Shown in pieces: positions 36,322-49,628 of a stretch of DNA of 64,000 bases (position 1 is its first letter; the number at the start of each line of letters is the position of its first letter). The notes under the pieces were generated by a model, which ran no database searches, was not told the DNA's origin, and saw only the letters and a program-made list of their open reading frames with translations. The stretch is from assembly GCF_008831285.2 (NCBI RefSeq), contig NC_045138.2:13268001-13332000 (forward strand), read 5' to 3'. The translations under genes and the position numbers were made by a program. The stretch comes from Nymphaea colorata. Taxonomy: Eukaryota.

Positions 36322-39300
36322 CCCACCTTTGGCTATCGCATTCGTTACTGCTTCCCGCGACTGGGTCCCACTTGAGCAGAGGGGGAACCTTACCTTATTC
36401 TTTCGCTTAACCCTCATTCTGACGTCAGCATGAATGGCGTGGGAACGCCCCGAGGTGCTCTCAGGATTGCTTTTTCGCAAGCTTTACATTCGGCTGCACA
36501 ACTTTTTATTTTATGCATTCATGCGTTTCTGAAATTTTGCCAATGCTCGAAGAAGTCCGTCGCCAATGTCATGTCAATTTTTTTTTTCTCTCTCTCTCTC
36601 TCTCTCTTTACGATTATCTCACAGCACGAAGCTAAATCCATTTTTTTATTTTTAACCTTTCGGATCGAAGGGCAAAACAATACCCAAAACCATTGGGCCA
36701 TGTTTTTTTTTTTTTTTTTAAAAAAAAAAGAGGTGCGGAATGTTCATGTTGTTCCAGAGGCTTTTGTTTGATGATTTTTGAGCCGAGTCCCCCCGTTCCA
36801 AAAGAATTCCAAACGCATGTGGCTTTGTGTCGTAACGCAGCGGACGCAAGAACGGTCTCAAAATTCTTCCACCCAATAATGGCCGGAAAGGCAAGGTAAC
36901 TCTCCATCTTTCGAGACAAAGCCACATCTACGCCCAGGGGCATTAGGGTAACCCTCGAACACTAGATATATTAGTATGTGGATCGTTCCGATCCATTTTG
37001 CTTCACCACTATTGTGAAGCTGATGCGCCGCCCAAGTCACTCACACAAGGATGAAGACAAATCTCCAATAATGGAAGGGAAGAAGACCACTCGCAGTCAC
37101 AGAGGGCCCGAACAGCCGTAGTCGATCGATTATCGAATAATGGAGATCCTAGACAAAAAATGTTTCTCCACATTTAAATCCGAAAAATATATGGCGTGTG
37201 ATGGTGCTGATTTTTCTTTTTTATAAGCAGTGAAAGTGAGGCCTTTTGCTAGCGACACTTATGGGAGGAGAGACATGGAGTCGACGACGCCACAGAGGCA
37301 CAGATGGTAGTGGGGCTTCTAATCTATAAATGCTGCGGATTGGAGAATAAAGCTGGTTAAGCCAAGGCAGTGGTAGCTATAGTGCCTTCTTCTCCCACAC
37401 AAATTAAGGGCCAACCTAATATAATTTGGTTTTTACTGCAGTTGATAGCAATTAGCCCCAGGGAACAATTAATGTTCATGATTAAAACGGTATATTGATG
37501 GTTGGAGGGGAGAGAGAGGAAGCACGTCAAGCAAATCTAATCAGGTCGTCCTTGGCGGCTCATGTACAGTCTGGATCTCCGACCATCCTGCTCCCACCTC
37601 AAGCCCCATCGCTGCTGTCTGGACTACGACATGCGAGGAAGTAGCTGCTATATGCTTGCATGGTTTTTTTTATATCTTGTATTTAATTATCACATACACA
37701 GTTAGTTAGATTTACAAAAAACAACCGGAAAGCTAACATCTAAAAGTTTTATATACGTAGATAACTGCATATTCGTGTTTCTAGCTTTTCTTTTCTTTTT
37801 TAGTATCCGGCGGTACAGCTTACTTTTCTCACACTGGGCTGCGGACCGTATTCATATTTTTGAGAGCTAATGGATGGGGACCCCCCTCACGTCCTTACCT
37901 CCCCAGTATACCAAGCAAATAACGGATGAACGGGTGAAACAATTGACCATGGTGGCTTTTCTATAAGACAAAGTCAGTCTTGAACATATTTATACAAAAA
38001 GAAGAAGATGTTCATAACCTGTAAAACTGTAATTGCATTTTATTTGTATTTGACAACCTTTCAAAAATGTTCCCTACCCTATCAACCATTTTTTATCAGT
38101 TGATGCTTGTCATTCCGAAATTTCCTAAACACAACTTTATAGACCAAAAGTTCCAACTGTTGATTTTGATCTCATTGTAAAATTTTATTTGTAACATAGA
38201 AAAATGCATTCATACCAAATAGGGAGAGGTTTTCCAATGTGGGTGGTTTAGACCTTTAAGTTGTTTTTTTGTGCAAAAAATACTTGCGCATAAATTTTCA
38301 TATTCAACCACCAATTCATCCCTATCCTTCTATGTGAGTTTAAAACAAGCGCTAGAATGAATGAAGTCATGGATGATGAGGGAAGAATCTATTGGCAGTT
38401 CCAAGGAGAAAACGGTCGCAAGATAAAAAAGGTGGTCGTAGGAGGAGGGCTGCAGGTAAGGCAGCGCAGGGCATCAACGGTGACGGCCGCATATTGATAC
38501 CGACCCTCAAGCGCTAGCGACCTGAGGCAGCAGGCCCTCCAGATGAGGATGGGCTGTGCAGATAGCGCGAGCTCCTTAATTATTGGTCATCCAAGTGACG
38601 TTTACACCTTTTGGTGTGGCCGGCCACAAGAAGGCGCTGCACGGGAAGGAAGGTCAATTAATTTGGCCGCGTGGCCACGCAGCTTCTACTTCCTTCCCTC
38701 CGCCAAACATCCAACGACGTGTTTGAATCGTGGAGAAAATGGTCCGACACATTTAAATCCCTTATCTACCCTACGTTCCACCATTCTCTTGTCTTTGGAA
38801 CGTATACGTCACCGGCTAATTGGGGATGCCACAAAAAAACAGGGGAGAGAAGGTCTTGGCGGCTGGGGAGTCATCTCTCTCCGGCCACGGGACTCTCCCA
38901 TAACTGGAGTTACGCGTGGATTTAATTTGTCCCTGCAATGTTGGCGCCCTCCAAAAACGGTATAACCCCAAACTGGCGAGACAGACCAATGGCCCTGCTT
39001 CTTGGGGTGAAAGCGCCCCTTGTTAATAAAAAATCACTACCCACCTGCCTCCTTTTGAAGATAAGGTGAGAGCTCAAGATCAGCAACTCCTTTCTATACG
39101 TTAAACATCTCATCTTCTTTTTCTTCCTTACACGCAAGTTATTAAACTGCGCCTGGCAGAGGAGAACCTGGGGAGAACGAAAAGTATCGACCTGCAAGCG
39201 CTCGTAGAGGATTATCTAACCGACAAATACAACATGTCTTTGGAATGTCTGTGTACGCACATTCAACAAACTACCGACCGCCACCGGAGAAGCCTTGTAG

Positions 39301-39838
39301 AGGAAAAAGCACGGAACGAAGACTTGGCTGCTTTTGCTCCAACAATATTAACCAGGTCAAGTATCGCAATCTGATTTCAACATGGTTTTTCTTTTACATA
39401 CTAACGGGAAGACGAATTCCTTCATTTAAAGTGTTGATGAACGAACGGTCCAATAACAAGCAAAATATATTATTCTACAACAAGTAAGAACAAATTGCCA
39501 TGTTTCTCTGTCTCTCCTCCACAGAGGAAGCGTCTGTCATGTCATGTTTACCTCCTTGTCCTTGTCAGCCAGGGATGGGCCCTGCAAAGTATCTTGTGAC
39601 TTGAAACAGAAACAGCCACGGTAGTCATTGTTTTGGAAAGCACAGTCTATTTTTCGTATGCATTACTAAAAGTATAGACTTTTAGAAGGAGGAAAAAAGA
39701 AGAAAATGTGCAAAAAGGTGTTTGGCTACAAGAAAAGGAAAACGGGCAAAAGATGTTTGCACTTTTAGAAGTAGTGTTTGTACAATTTAACCTTGCAGAT
39801 ATAATCTTATAAGTGTTTTGGTATGAAACATACATTAA

Positions 39839-40297
39839 CGCCTGTTTGGTAAGAAGGAAAGGGGCAAAAGGTATTTGGCTACAAGAGAAGGAAAAAGAAA
39901 GGAAATGAATAGATTATTTAGTATAAATCTCTTCCCTCTCAAATCGGTGTGGCAAGCTGCTGTAAGTTTTCGATGAGATTCTTGATACTGTTCTAGAAAG
40001 ATTCATGACTTATTCAGACAGATTAAGAATGAAAGGAAAAAAAGGTACGTGGAAGAATTTTTTATTCTCACACTACCCCTCCTTTTCTTTCCCTCATTTT
40101 TAAATCCATGTGCTATGTAGTCTTTTTTTCCATTCCATTCATTTCCCTTCCCTTTCTATCCAAACAAACTTTTTGATCAACTCTTGTCATTCCATTCCAT
40201 TCCATTCATTTCCCTTCCCTTTTTCTTTCCTTTCATTCCATTCCCTTCCCATTCCCTTCTTTTCCATCCCTTCCTTTCCCCCCAACCAAACAAAGCG
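39839..40297. mobile_element. Tourist-like (PIF/Harbinger) MITE
   Basis: TIRs cgcctgtttggt ... accaaacaaagcg, with a TAA target-site duplication at 39836-39838 and 40298-40300. Subterminal GGAAA / TTCCA-TTCCC repeats are inverted relative to each other. Confidence 0.8.
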
Positions 40298-42039
40298 TAA
40301 GTCAATCGTAACTCAAGACTCACTGTACTTTTTAATCATAAAAAATTAGCAGATCTTATAACATCAAAATTTTGATAATAAAAAAATGTCATATGAAAAG
40401 ATAACTTGAATTAATATAGTAAATATGTATGTGTGTGTGTGTGAGAGAGAGAGAGATTTTGGTCTTAAGCCCTTACCCTTATCCAAGTGAAAAGAGGTGA
40501 AACATAATAGAGTAAGGAAAATTGCCAGAAATCCACAGTAAGTTTTGGTGTAATAAGTACTCCTTAAGTTGGTGTGGTGCTGAAAATCCACTATCTAACT
40601 TTTTACGTTTAGTTGTTATTTAAAAGACCATGAATTTCTTTCCCACAGAACAAATTGTTAGATACACAACTGTCAAAATTTTCACCACAAAAAAAAAAAA
40701 AAAACCCCAATGCGCTAACGAAGACGCATGATTTTTTATACTTCTCAAATACATGCCAAGGCTTTTTGCAGCACTTAAAAAAGCTGGCCTACGATTTTGG
40801 CAAGAAACCAACCCTACACCTAACTTCCTTTGGTTATTGAAAGAAATGCACCTAATTAACTAACGTATGTGTAATTATAAAAGGACATATCCAAGTACTT
40901 CACAAATAGTGGAATGTAGGTAACTTTGTTTAGTATAACTAAAAATTTTGATGGAAAATAATTAGGATCGTATCAAAAGATTAGGTTTGTGAAACTAGAA
41001 CAGAAAGTAAGTTCCTTTCAGGTTAGGACGTTTCGTCTTTTGGTGAAACTACAATAATATCAAATGCACGAAGTCTCCGCATCGGTTCCTCTACAATAAA
41101 TATAACTTCAATAACGGGGGTGCGGGTGGCTCGGACTGTGGTTCTGTTAATTAGGCATTACTTAGTTATCCAAATTGAATCTCAGGTTAATGGCACTTGG
41201 AGTTGGATAACGAAAAGGGCTGGAATACAAATCCAGATCTAGTTAGCTGATGAAATTTATATCTGTCTTATATATGTAGTTAGAGAGGATAACCTTTCGT
41301 ATATTGGTTTACATGACAATTTGCAAATTAATCGAAATCCATTGCAACATAAATTTCAATCTAGTTAACTGGATTTACTTGAATATCTATTCCAAACCCG
41401 AGTTGTTGACATCATCCGACAGTAACTCGTGAATTTAATTATTTTTTTCAAGAGTCACGACCGTCCTTCCTTTCTCTTCCACATAATGTGGACGTACCAG
41501 GTAGAGAAGTTTCATTTCAATTGCCTCCTTTGGTCAGAACAGCGGTTATAATTAAAATGAAAAGTTCTCGTACTTCATTTTAACCGAATCACTTGCTTTC
41601 CACGTGAAACGCAAAAGGAGTTTAAGTTGCAAGTTAAGGGCAAGCAAGTACCTCACGACAGATGTCGTTCGCCCACTTCTAATTAGAAACTCCGTTGTGA
41701 AACGAAGCATCGGACTCGATTGTGTTAGTTATAATACATATATCTATCTATCCGTTTGCGTTCTCAATAGCAAAATGGCTTCTCATATTTTCGCAATTAA
41801 AGTGAACACATGCGCCGAATGAAAACGTTGCTTGGAAGGCTTTCTCCTACTTTTATCGCCAAAATTAAGTATAATAGAGAAAACACAACCAAAAAGTTGA
41901 CAGGGATGCAGGGGATCGGCGGAAACCAAAAAAGACTAGTGGCTAGACACGGCCACTCCGCACGAGGGACAAACACAAGATATAATCAACACAACAGTGG
42001 GGACTCAGCCATGCAAAGCAGCTCAGTCATCTGCGTTAG

Positions 42040-44330
42040 CCATATTCATATCGGTTAGCATATTCCCTGTACTTCAAAATCACACCACCAATTTCTCTTG
42101 GGATGACATTGTTTTTGAGCTTTCTGTAGGCTGCCTTATCCCTAAGGCATAACCAAGGTTCTGGCCGTCCTCTTCGGCCTTCTACCGTTGCTTTCAATGC
42201 CAACCTGAATTAGGCAATTAGCTGTGTGAATGGCCAGATCCAATTCAACTTGCTGCAACTGTGAAAAGAAATTTCTGCAAAATCATGCCCCTGAACAGCC
42301 TCCCTGCTGCAGATCTTAACCTCTCTCCTGTCCGCGTCCTGCAAAACAGCAGGAACTTGTTTTTTTCTATGCTTTATACAGTTGACTATATACAGATTCC
42401 ACTAAGAGACCCTGAAACATTTGAGATTTCAGAACATATCCCGCCTATACGAAGCCATATCTGCAGCATTTGCGTTTCATGGCTATTCAACTCCATCGCC
42501 ATGAAGTTGTCCCCTGCATGCTTGCCAGACAACATGGTTAAGGTTATATCTTTCTTTCTCCTTCCAATGCCCATGGTGAATCTGATTACAGGCCCACCAG
42601 ACTTTCCAACAAACAATATGAAAAACTACTTTCCAACATTTTTCCAACCATTTCTGCTTGACATGAGCTTTATGCCAGTGCTGGAATTCTGCTCCTATTC
42701 CTTGCCAGGGGGTTCTTTTTCTGCCAAAGTGCTTAATAATGTTGTACCAAATTAACTTTAATTATCACCTGACATCTAAAAATGGTATGGAGATTACTCA
42801 CTTCCTCATTGTTGCACCATCAACACCTTTTCGCCAAATTTATACCCCATCTTTTCAGCCTGTCAAGACTTCGAAGTTTATTCTCACAGGCTATATAAAC
42901 AAACCAGAACTGCTGTGGCTGGGGCCTTTGTTTTCCATATTCTCAGCTTCCAGTTTTCTCTAGCTCCAGTTTCCCTGGTGGAGGTAAAAACCTCTCCAGC
43001 TTTAAGATTTTCACTTCTCTGGTTACCCAAATTAGCTGATCTGGTTGGTTCGCAAGGGACAGGTCCATCAGGCAGTCAAATCTTCCCCTGCTCCTTAGAA
43101 TGCCATTATTATGTCTCGCTTTCGCTTCCACTAGACTAATAATTTAATTCCCAATTCTCTTCTGATGCTGCCGTATTCTTCTCCACAGAGGGAGCTCACC
43201 AGTTCTCTGCCCTGCCACCTATCCAGCCAGACTGTAATGATCTGGGCATCTCCCACATTCCACCTTATCCTATTAGCAATCAGGCTCCACCCATATTCCA
43301 TGGGAGTTTGAGAGTCCATAGGCCTTCACTGCCTCTGAGATATCTGCTGCAACACCAGTCTTGAACTATATTCCTGCTGTTCAGCACCTTGCACAGCAAG
43401 CTAGCTAGAAGGGCCTTGTTCCAATTTTGGAGAGGTCTAATACCTATCCCTCTCTCCTCTAGGGTTGGCAAAGCGCACTCCAGACATTATATGCATTCTT
43501 TTGTTGCCTGTCCCTTCCTCTGCCCACAAGAACCTCATCATGCTACTTTCCTGCGGAGGTAAGAATACTTGTATCCAGTGAACTAACAATGGTTCCAAAT
43601 TGTGTTTGATGAGACAGATCCTTCATAAGAGAGAAGATTTGATTTCAAAAGCCGAGTTTCTTCTCCATTTTATCCACCAAGGGAGTGCACAGACTTTGAG
43701 GTAGACCGAGATATGTCATAGGAAGATTACCCTCCTCCCACTCGAGAATTCTGGCTAATGATCTTCTCTTTTCTGCTGTCATGTTAAACGTCACTACAGA
43801 TGTCTTGTTCTTGTTTATCTTCATGTTTTCCCTCTCTTCCATGTCTTCTAGAAAGTTATAGATGTTTTGGATGGATCTTCGTTCCCTTGCTGAACAGTCG
43901 GACATCATCTGCGAAGACTATGCTCCATATTTTGGGTTGGTAACAAGGACCTTAGGGATGCAGATTCTCTTCCTTACCACCTGTGCTTTGAAACCGTGCA
44001 GGTTTAGTTATGCAACAATTATAAATGAGTAAGCATATAAGGGTTCTCCTTGGTGGAGGCCTCTCTTCCAGTTAACTTCCCTGCCTTCCATCTCATTGGG
44101 CCATTTATAAGGGCCGAAAAAGGAGGCTGATTAAGCAGAAAAGCATAACCTCATCAACCCACATCAGATGAAAGCCAATATGAAGCAAGCTTTCCTTCAG
44201 AGAAGTCCATGGGACTCTATCGTATTCTTTGGGCAAGCTATCTACTATTTGCAACTACCAAACCAATTAATCAGATCGTCGGTATGCAAGCTTTGATCAT
44301 GAATATTTCTACCTTCGAGGAGAGCCCCTT
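42040..44330 (-). mobile_element. 5'-truncated, degenerate L1-type non-LTR retrotransposon (ORF2 RT plus C-terminal region)
   Basis: Minus-strand motifs appear in the expected order: KEYDRVPW (KAYDRV), RGLHQGEPL (GLRQGDPLS), VFADD (~43903-43918), INKNKT, LPMTYLGLP, GIGIRPLQNWNKALL and VGDAQIITVWLDRW. There are many stops and frameshifts, and the ends are approximate. Confidence 0.88.
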
Positions 44331-44519
44331 AAAAATTCTCAAAATTAAAGTAAAATGAGAGGAACATATAAAATGTTGGTGGAAGGGAAAATCAAAATTA
44401 AAGAAAAATTAAATTTGAAAATATAAATTTTTAAGTTTAAAATACAGTCGTACCCGTGTCGTTGTACCCACATACCGACACGGGCACTTGGGAAGATCAC
44501 ACATATCCGTATGACTTAG
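44330..44519. mobile_element. Right-hand half of a MITE related to 9902-10220
   Basis: AT-rich core followed by gtacccgtgtc...acccacatacc...ccgtatgacttag, the reverse complement of the ctaagtcac end. It abuts the LINE truncation point. Confidence 0.5.
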
Positions 44520-45618
44520 CCACAGGTTCTGTTTGAGATGTTACCATTCTAGGTATTCAAGCACGTCCCTATGAGACAGTAGTCGAACGAGGAATTTTTG
44601 GCTGAAGGGCACTAATACATAGTAAAAACTTACAAATGAAGATAAATATTGTATAAAATATTCCATACTTCAGCTGCACCTGCACATCTGTTGCTACCAG
44701 GCAGACATAGTTTAAAATTGTTATCATAACACAAGAAAGCAAAATATTGCCTCCACCTCAAACTTCATGAGCTATTTAATTTTACATGTTATGACATCAA
44801 CAAGTAAAATCATCAAGAAATGAGGGGAACCTTTGCCTACATTATACGAGCATACAAAATGAAAATACAAAGACAACCATCAATTATGATCGTCTCACAT
44901 GCTATTAGGAAAGTGGACGTCCAACCAAAGAATATGTTCACTTCTGCAATCAGCATTCAAATGTTAGTAACTTACCCAATCAAGATTCAAGCATGAAAAT
45001 TTGACTGAAAATAAGAAAATATGTGAAAATTAGTTCATTGCCTTCTGCAATTCAATCAAAACAGCAACAACACATGAAGTCACGTGTTCAACATAAAAAA
45101 ACAAAAGGGACACACTGAAACCCCCAAATCAGCATCAGAAGACGGTAAACAAAACCCCAAATTTATCAGCAATAAAAAGGGTCAAAGAGACCGCCCAAAC
45201 CAAAGCACAAACAAGAATTAGAGACACATTCACAGGGGTTAGGGGAGAGAGAGAAAGAGTCACTCGCGCCCTAACTTGTCCCTTAAAAAGGAAGAATAAC
45301 AAGAAGGAGAACTTACAATTGAGTTGAGGGTTTGGGCCGAACAGTGATTGGCAACATGGCGATGCCGACGACAGACGCCCGATGGCGACTCGGCGAAAGC
45401 CATTGGCGACGCGCCGATTGTTGATGCGTGATGGTGGGCGCAGACGACAGCATGCGCAACTGAACATGGGACGACAATGAACGAAGGAAACGGCCCTGCT
45501 TCTACCTCTGCGAACTGGGGAAGTGAGAAGTCGAAGGTTGGTGGTAGGGTCCACCCGAATGCGGCCACGAAATCACCAATGTACCGCCGAGGACCCTCTC
45601 CAAGATCTAGGAGGAGGT

Positions 45619-48600
45619 TGTCGCCAATAGGTTTAAAAGTTAATTACAATGAGTGGTTCCCACCCGACAGTCACCCCGGCTCAAAAATAGGTAAAGACAT
45701 TTCAAGAATGGCTTCCCCAACCCTGGCTTGAACCTACTACAAATTTCTAGAATAGGTGTGAGGCTTAATACAAAGCGTAGCGATACAAAATATCACTCAC
45801 CTCACTCAACATTCATCACACCATTCAAACCACTCTGTCATACAATCCCTAGTCGCAACAAACCACACCCTTATCTCTAGGTGGTCTACAACCCGAAAAT
45901 CGTGTTCTTAGTAAAGTGCCTTGGAGGGATTCCAGCCGGTTGTCAATGCCGTAGGCGGTTTGAAAAGCAAATGCACCATTTTCCCGAATCTATAGGGTGA
46001 TCCGATGTTACCTCCCAATACCACGCTTGGGGACTCCTCAAGCTTCACCAAAGGGGATAACTGGCAGCAATAAGGCTGTTCCCTTTGATATTTTCAGCCA
46101 CGTCCACCTTCACCGAGTCGAACTCCCCCTTGAGCACAATTAGAACTAGAGAAAATCAAGTCCTACTCGGTAAATAAAGGAGAGAAGAGTAGGTGGATCT
46201 AGTTACCCGATTGGATTCGGACCCATTGTTGATTTGTGTAGTGAAGGGGGATGCAAACGCCAATGTCGCTTGGCGGACGCGATTCCTTCTCTCCTTTGGC
46301 TGCAATCTCCTACGGGTAGAGGTTGAGCCACACGTCTCCTTGCTAAAATTAAGATTTGAGAAACAAAGCCAACAAGTATCAAGGTATAGAAGTGAAAAGG
46401 AAATGAACTTCTAGATGAGAAAAACCTTCACCCGTAAGACCAATTTAACCCCGATCTTTGTAATGAGAGGGAGAAGCGATCGCCGGTGCGCCGGTGGACG
46501 TTGAGGCAATCCTCAAGTTACGTTCATTCTCCTTCTTTCCCGTCCTCTACTATCTCCCACGAACTCACGGGCAAGACTCCCAAATGATCCGCAAGAACAA
46601 AGGCAATCACAATCTAAATGATTAAAGAAATGAAAGAAAGATTGTGAATGCACTTCACCGGATAAACGGATAACCCCTAGGAAGTGTCGTAGATAGGGGG
46701 ATGCAAGTGTTGGAAGTGCCAACACACGCGTATCTTCCTCCTTCTCCGACGAATATGGAAGTTCCAGTGAGGTATGTTAATCAGACTTCGCCCGTCTCTC
46801 CCCTTGATTGCCAATCTCCTCGAGATCCACAATTATGCCGCCTCCTCCTCCTCACGTGTTAAGGTGAGAAGCTTCCCACAACGTGATGTGAGTCAGCTCC
46901 TAGGATTACGAACCCAAGATCGTGCGTGAATCTTGCCTTAGTCGAATAGGGTCCAGGTGCGATGCGCCTAATCGGCTGGCCGATCTCCTTCCTTGATTGT
47001 TGGAGATCAAATCGGAAAGGAGGTTCTCGCCAAAGGGGATGGTGCTGATCCTTGCCACGTGTACGAACCGATCTTCAAAGGATTCTTCAAGATATGGCGA
47101 GAATCTTGCCTTAAGTGGATTGCGTCTAGGTGCAATGCTCCTAATCTTCCAAGATATTCTCCTTCCTATTTCATTGAAGAGAAATTAGGAAGGATATCTC
47201 GCCAAAGTGGGGTCGAGCTGATCTCACCCCCGTGTCCACACCCTCAGCTGCCACCCAGCGCCTTCCCTTTTTGGTGGTTGTCCAGATGCCACGATCATTC
47301 CAACGCGGGTGATCTTCTCTCCAAAGAATTAGGGACATATTTAGAAGGATCGCCCTTCCCTTTTGGAACGGGTGAGCTAGCGCGCGGACCCCCTTCTCCT
47401 CCCAAATCTGCCGCGATTGCATTAACCAGCTGGAGGGCACCTGCTACCACGAGCGGCCACTTGTCCTCCGTGAAATACTTAGCTGATCCCCCTTCCAAAT
47501 TAGTTGCCAAAGGGGAGGAGGCAAGCTGGACGGCTCCAAGGGTTGCCTTTTTGGTACCCTTATGCGCTAGGGTTTCCCTTCCACCTTCGGACGAAATTGC
47601 CCATGCTTATGAATAATTAATCCAATTAAAACCAAGTCTACAACAAGGGTAGACTTGAAACTGAGTACCCAAAGGTCAGATTTGGCCGGAAGTCGCCGGA
47701 TCTGGCCGGAAAGATGACCGGAATTCTGATCTACTCCATGAAAACCGACAAACAGTCCTACAAACGCCCAGAACTTGCAGTCGACGATTCAATGGTCAAA
47801 TGAACTCCAAATACCTTAAATTTTGGATATGTTATAGATCTTTTGATTATGAATCCAATGCTATAAAGCTTGCCTAAAAACTCCACCAGAATCACCAGAA
47901 ACAGCCTCTGCAAGTAGCAGTTCTGCGGCGGATTGCGCCTGAGCGGCGATGTCGGAAACAGCAAACTTCCGTGGCAGATTTGACCAGTGCGCGCTGGTCC
48001 GATCAGGCTGAAATTTTAGTATGTTGAAGATGAAGCCGAGATCTTTCCAACGAGCTATAGATCTCCTCCAAACTCCCAGTAAATCGTCTGAAACAGCCCT
48101 CGAATCAGAGAGGTCTCCTGTCTTCTTCTTCAGGAATCCGAATCTCGCCTCTTCCGCATTTTCTCTTCTACTTGCCGCGTTTGCCCATCTTCCTTCCGCG
48201 TTTTCTCTTCTTATTTCCATGTTTTCTCCTTCTTTCTCCTTCAGCAATCATACGCCGGATATGCCATGGATACGCTGGATTGAGAACAACTGTTCTTCAT
48301 CATCTAACTCGTGCAAAACTTGAATGGACTAGGAGTTAGACTTCTGCCTTAGCGGTCGAATGCACCCAATACTTCCTCCTTCCACGCGAGACTAGATCTT
48401 CGTTCCAAGGGGATACCGCGTTGAGGACCTTGATTTAGGCGAGGTTCCCCTCGGATGCTCAAACTCCCTTACACATTGATCTTCTTCGAACGGGTATCCA
48501 AAGTACTCCTGGTTAAGTGCCAAGAAGAGATGATACTTAACTTGTGAGGGAAATACCTTGCCAGTGATCAGAAGTGAAGAACGATGCCAGACGTCAGAAC

Positions 48601-49628
48601 CACGGACGCCAAGCCTTCTTCACCAGCCCTATGGATCGATCGCCCCTATCTCCCTTTGTGTTCAAGGAAGATGCACGAATGTCCACTCAAGGGATCGCTT
48701 GATTTGGGAACGATGCAAATCCAAGATGTCAATGGCTGCCGGCGGCCATTAACGGAGCTTGAACTTCCACTAATCTCACGGCTTGGTGAGCATTACAATG
48801 TAGTGCTTCAAAGAAGCCACGCCCTAGGGGCCAAATGACTCTCCACGCATGGAGGGAAGAGAAAATCTCAATTTGATTAAGCAAGAATGAATAAAGTGTC
48901 TCGGTTTTGGCTTAAATACAAGTGCCAAACCGGTTCAAAGAAATGTCTCAGGATGAGACGCTAAACAAACCTAATCAAACAATAAATCGATACAAAAAGT
49001 AAATCAAATCATCTTAAGTGTTCAAATCTGAATTGGGCCAAATGCCCCACCTCGCCCAGGTCCGCCTGAGCTTCGCCAACTTGATCCATGAAGTGGGCTC
49101 GAGCCCACTGCTCTTGATCCGCACCCGGATCACGCGTGCTCCTCACCAAGCCGAGCCCACCATCATCAAGGCCAGTCATGCCTAGGTCTTCATCTTCCGG
49201 ACTAGGTGAGTCCAGGTCTTCTTCATCTAGGCTAGGTGTGCCTAGTCCTTCCGCACCTAGACCGGGTGGGTCTAGGTCTCCTAGGTTTGGATTCCCTAGG
49301 TCTTCCACGTACCTTGCGCCCTTAGCCTCCTTTGGAATGGCAATGCATTCTTCACTTGGCGCTTTTCCGCTCCATCTTTTATTTGAGGAGTTAACCTCAC
49401 AACGAAAAGATCCGTCTTCTCCCGAAAATGCCAAGAAATAAACAGGGAAGTTAACCTCCCTAAGCATATCACCCGCTCCCGGAGTCGCTCCCACCTGTTT
49501 CCCGCAAAACTCAAAAGAATAAAAGTTAGCCTCACAATAAGAAAGGGCACCTTCGGCGGAAGTGCCAACGTGGGATGTACGAGTTCTAGGAACGCTCGTA
49601 TCAGTTGGGGACTTAACGAAAAACGACA
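45619..49628. mobile_element. 4.0-kb solo-LTR-like block (possibly Tat/Ogre gypsy lineage), no gag/pol
   Basis: Bounded by inverted termini TGTCG (45619) and CGACA (49628) and CpG-richer than nearby introns. Internal repeats occur at 46928/47101 and as ~30-bp units at 49150-49310. No retroviral protein motifs appear in any ORF. The flanks gaggt/ccttt do not form a TSD. Confidence 0.55.

Noticed and set aside
44545..45320. Chain of small AG...GT segments on the minus strand that can be joined in frame
   Set aside because: It needs introns of 32 and 62 nt and hand-picked donors, and the peptide matches nothing I recognise.
46993..48323. ORFs of 100-207 aa inside the LTR-like block
   Set aside because: No gag, protease, RT, RNase H or integrase motifs. 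Consistent with chance ORFs in GC-richer DNA.
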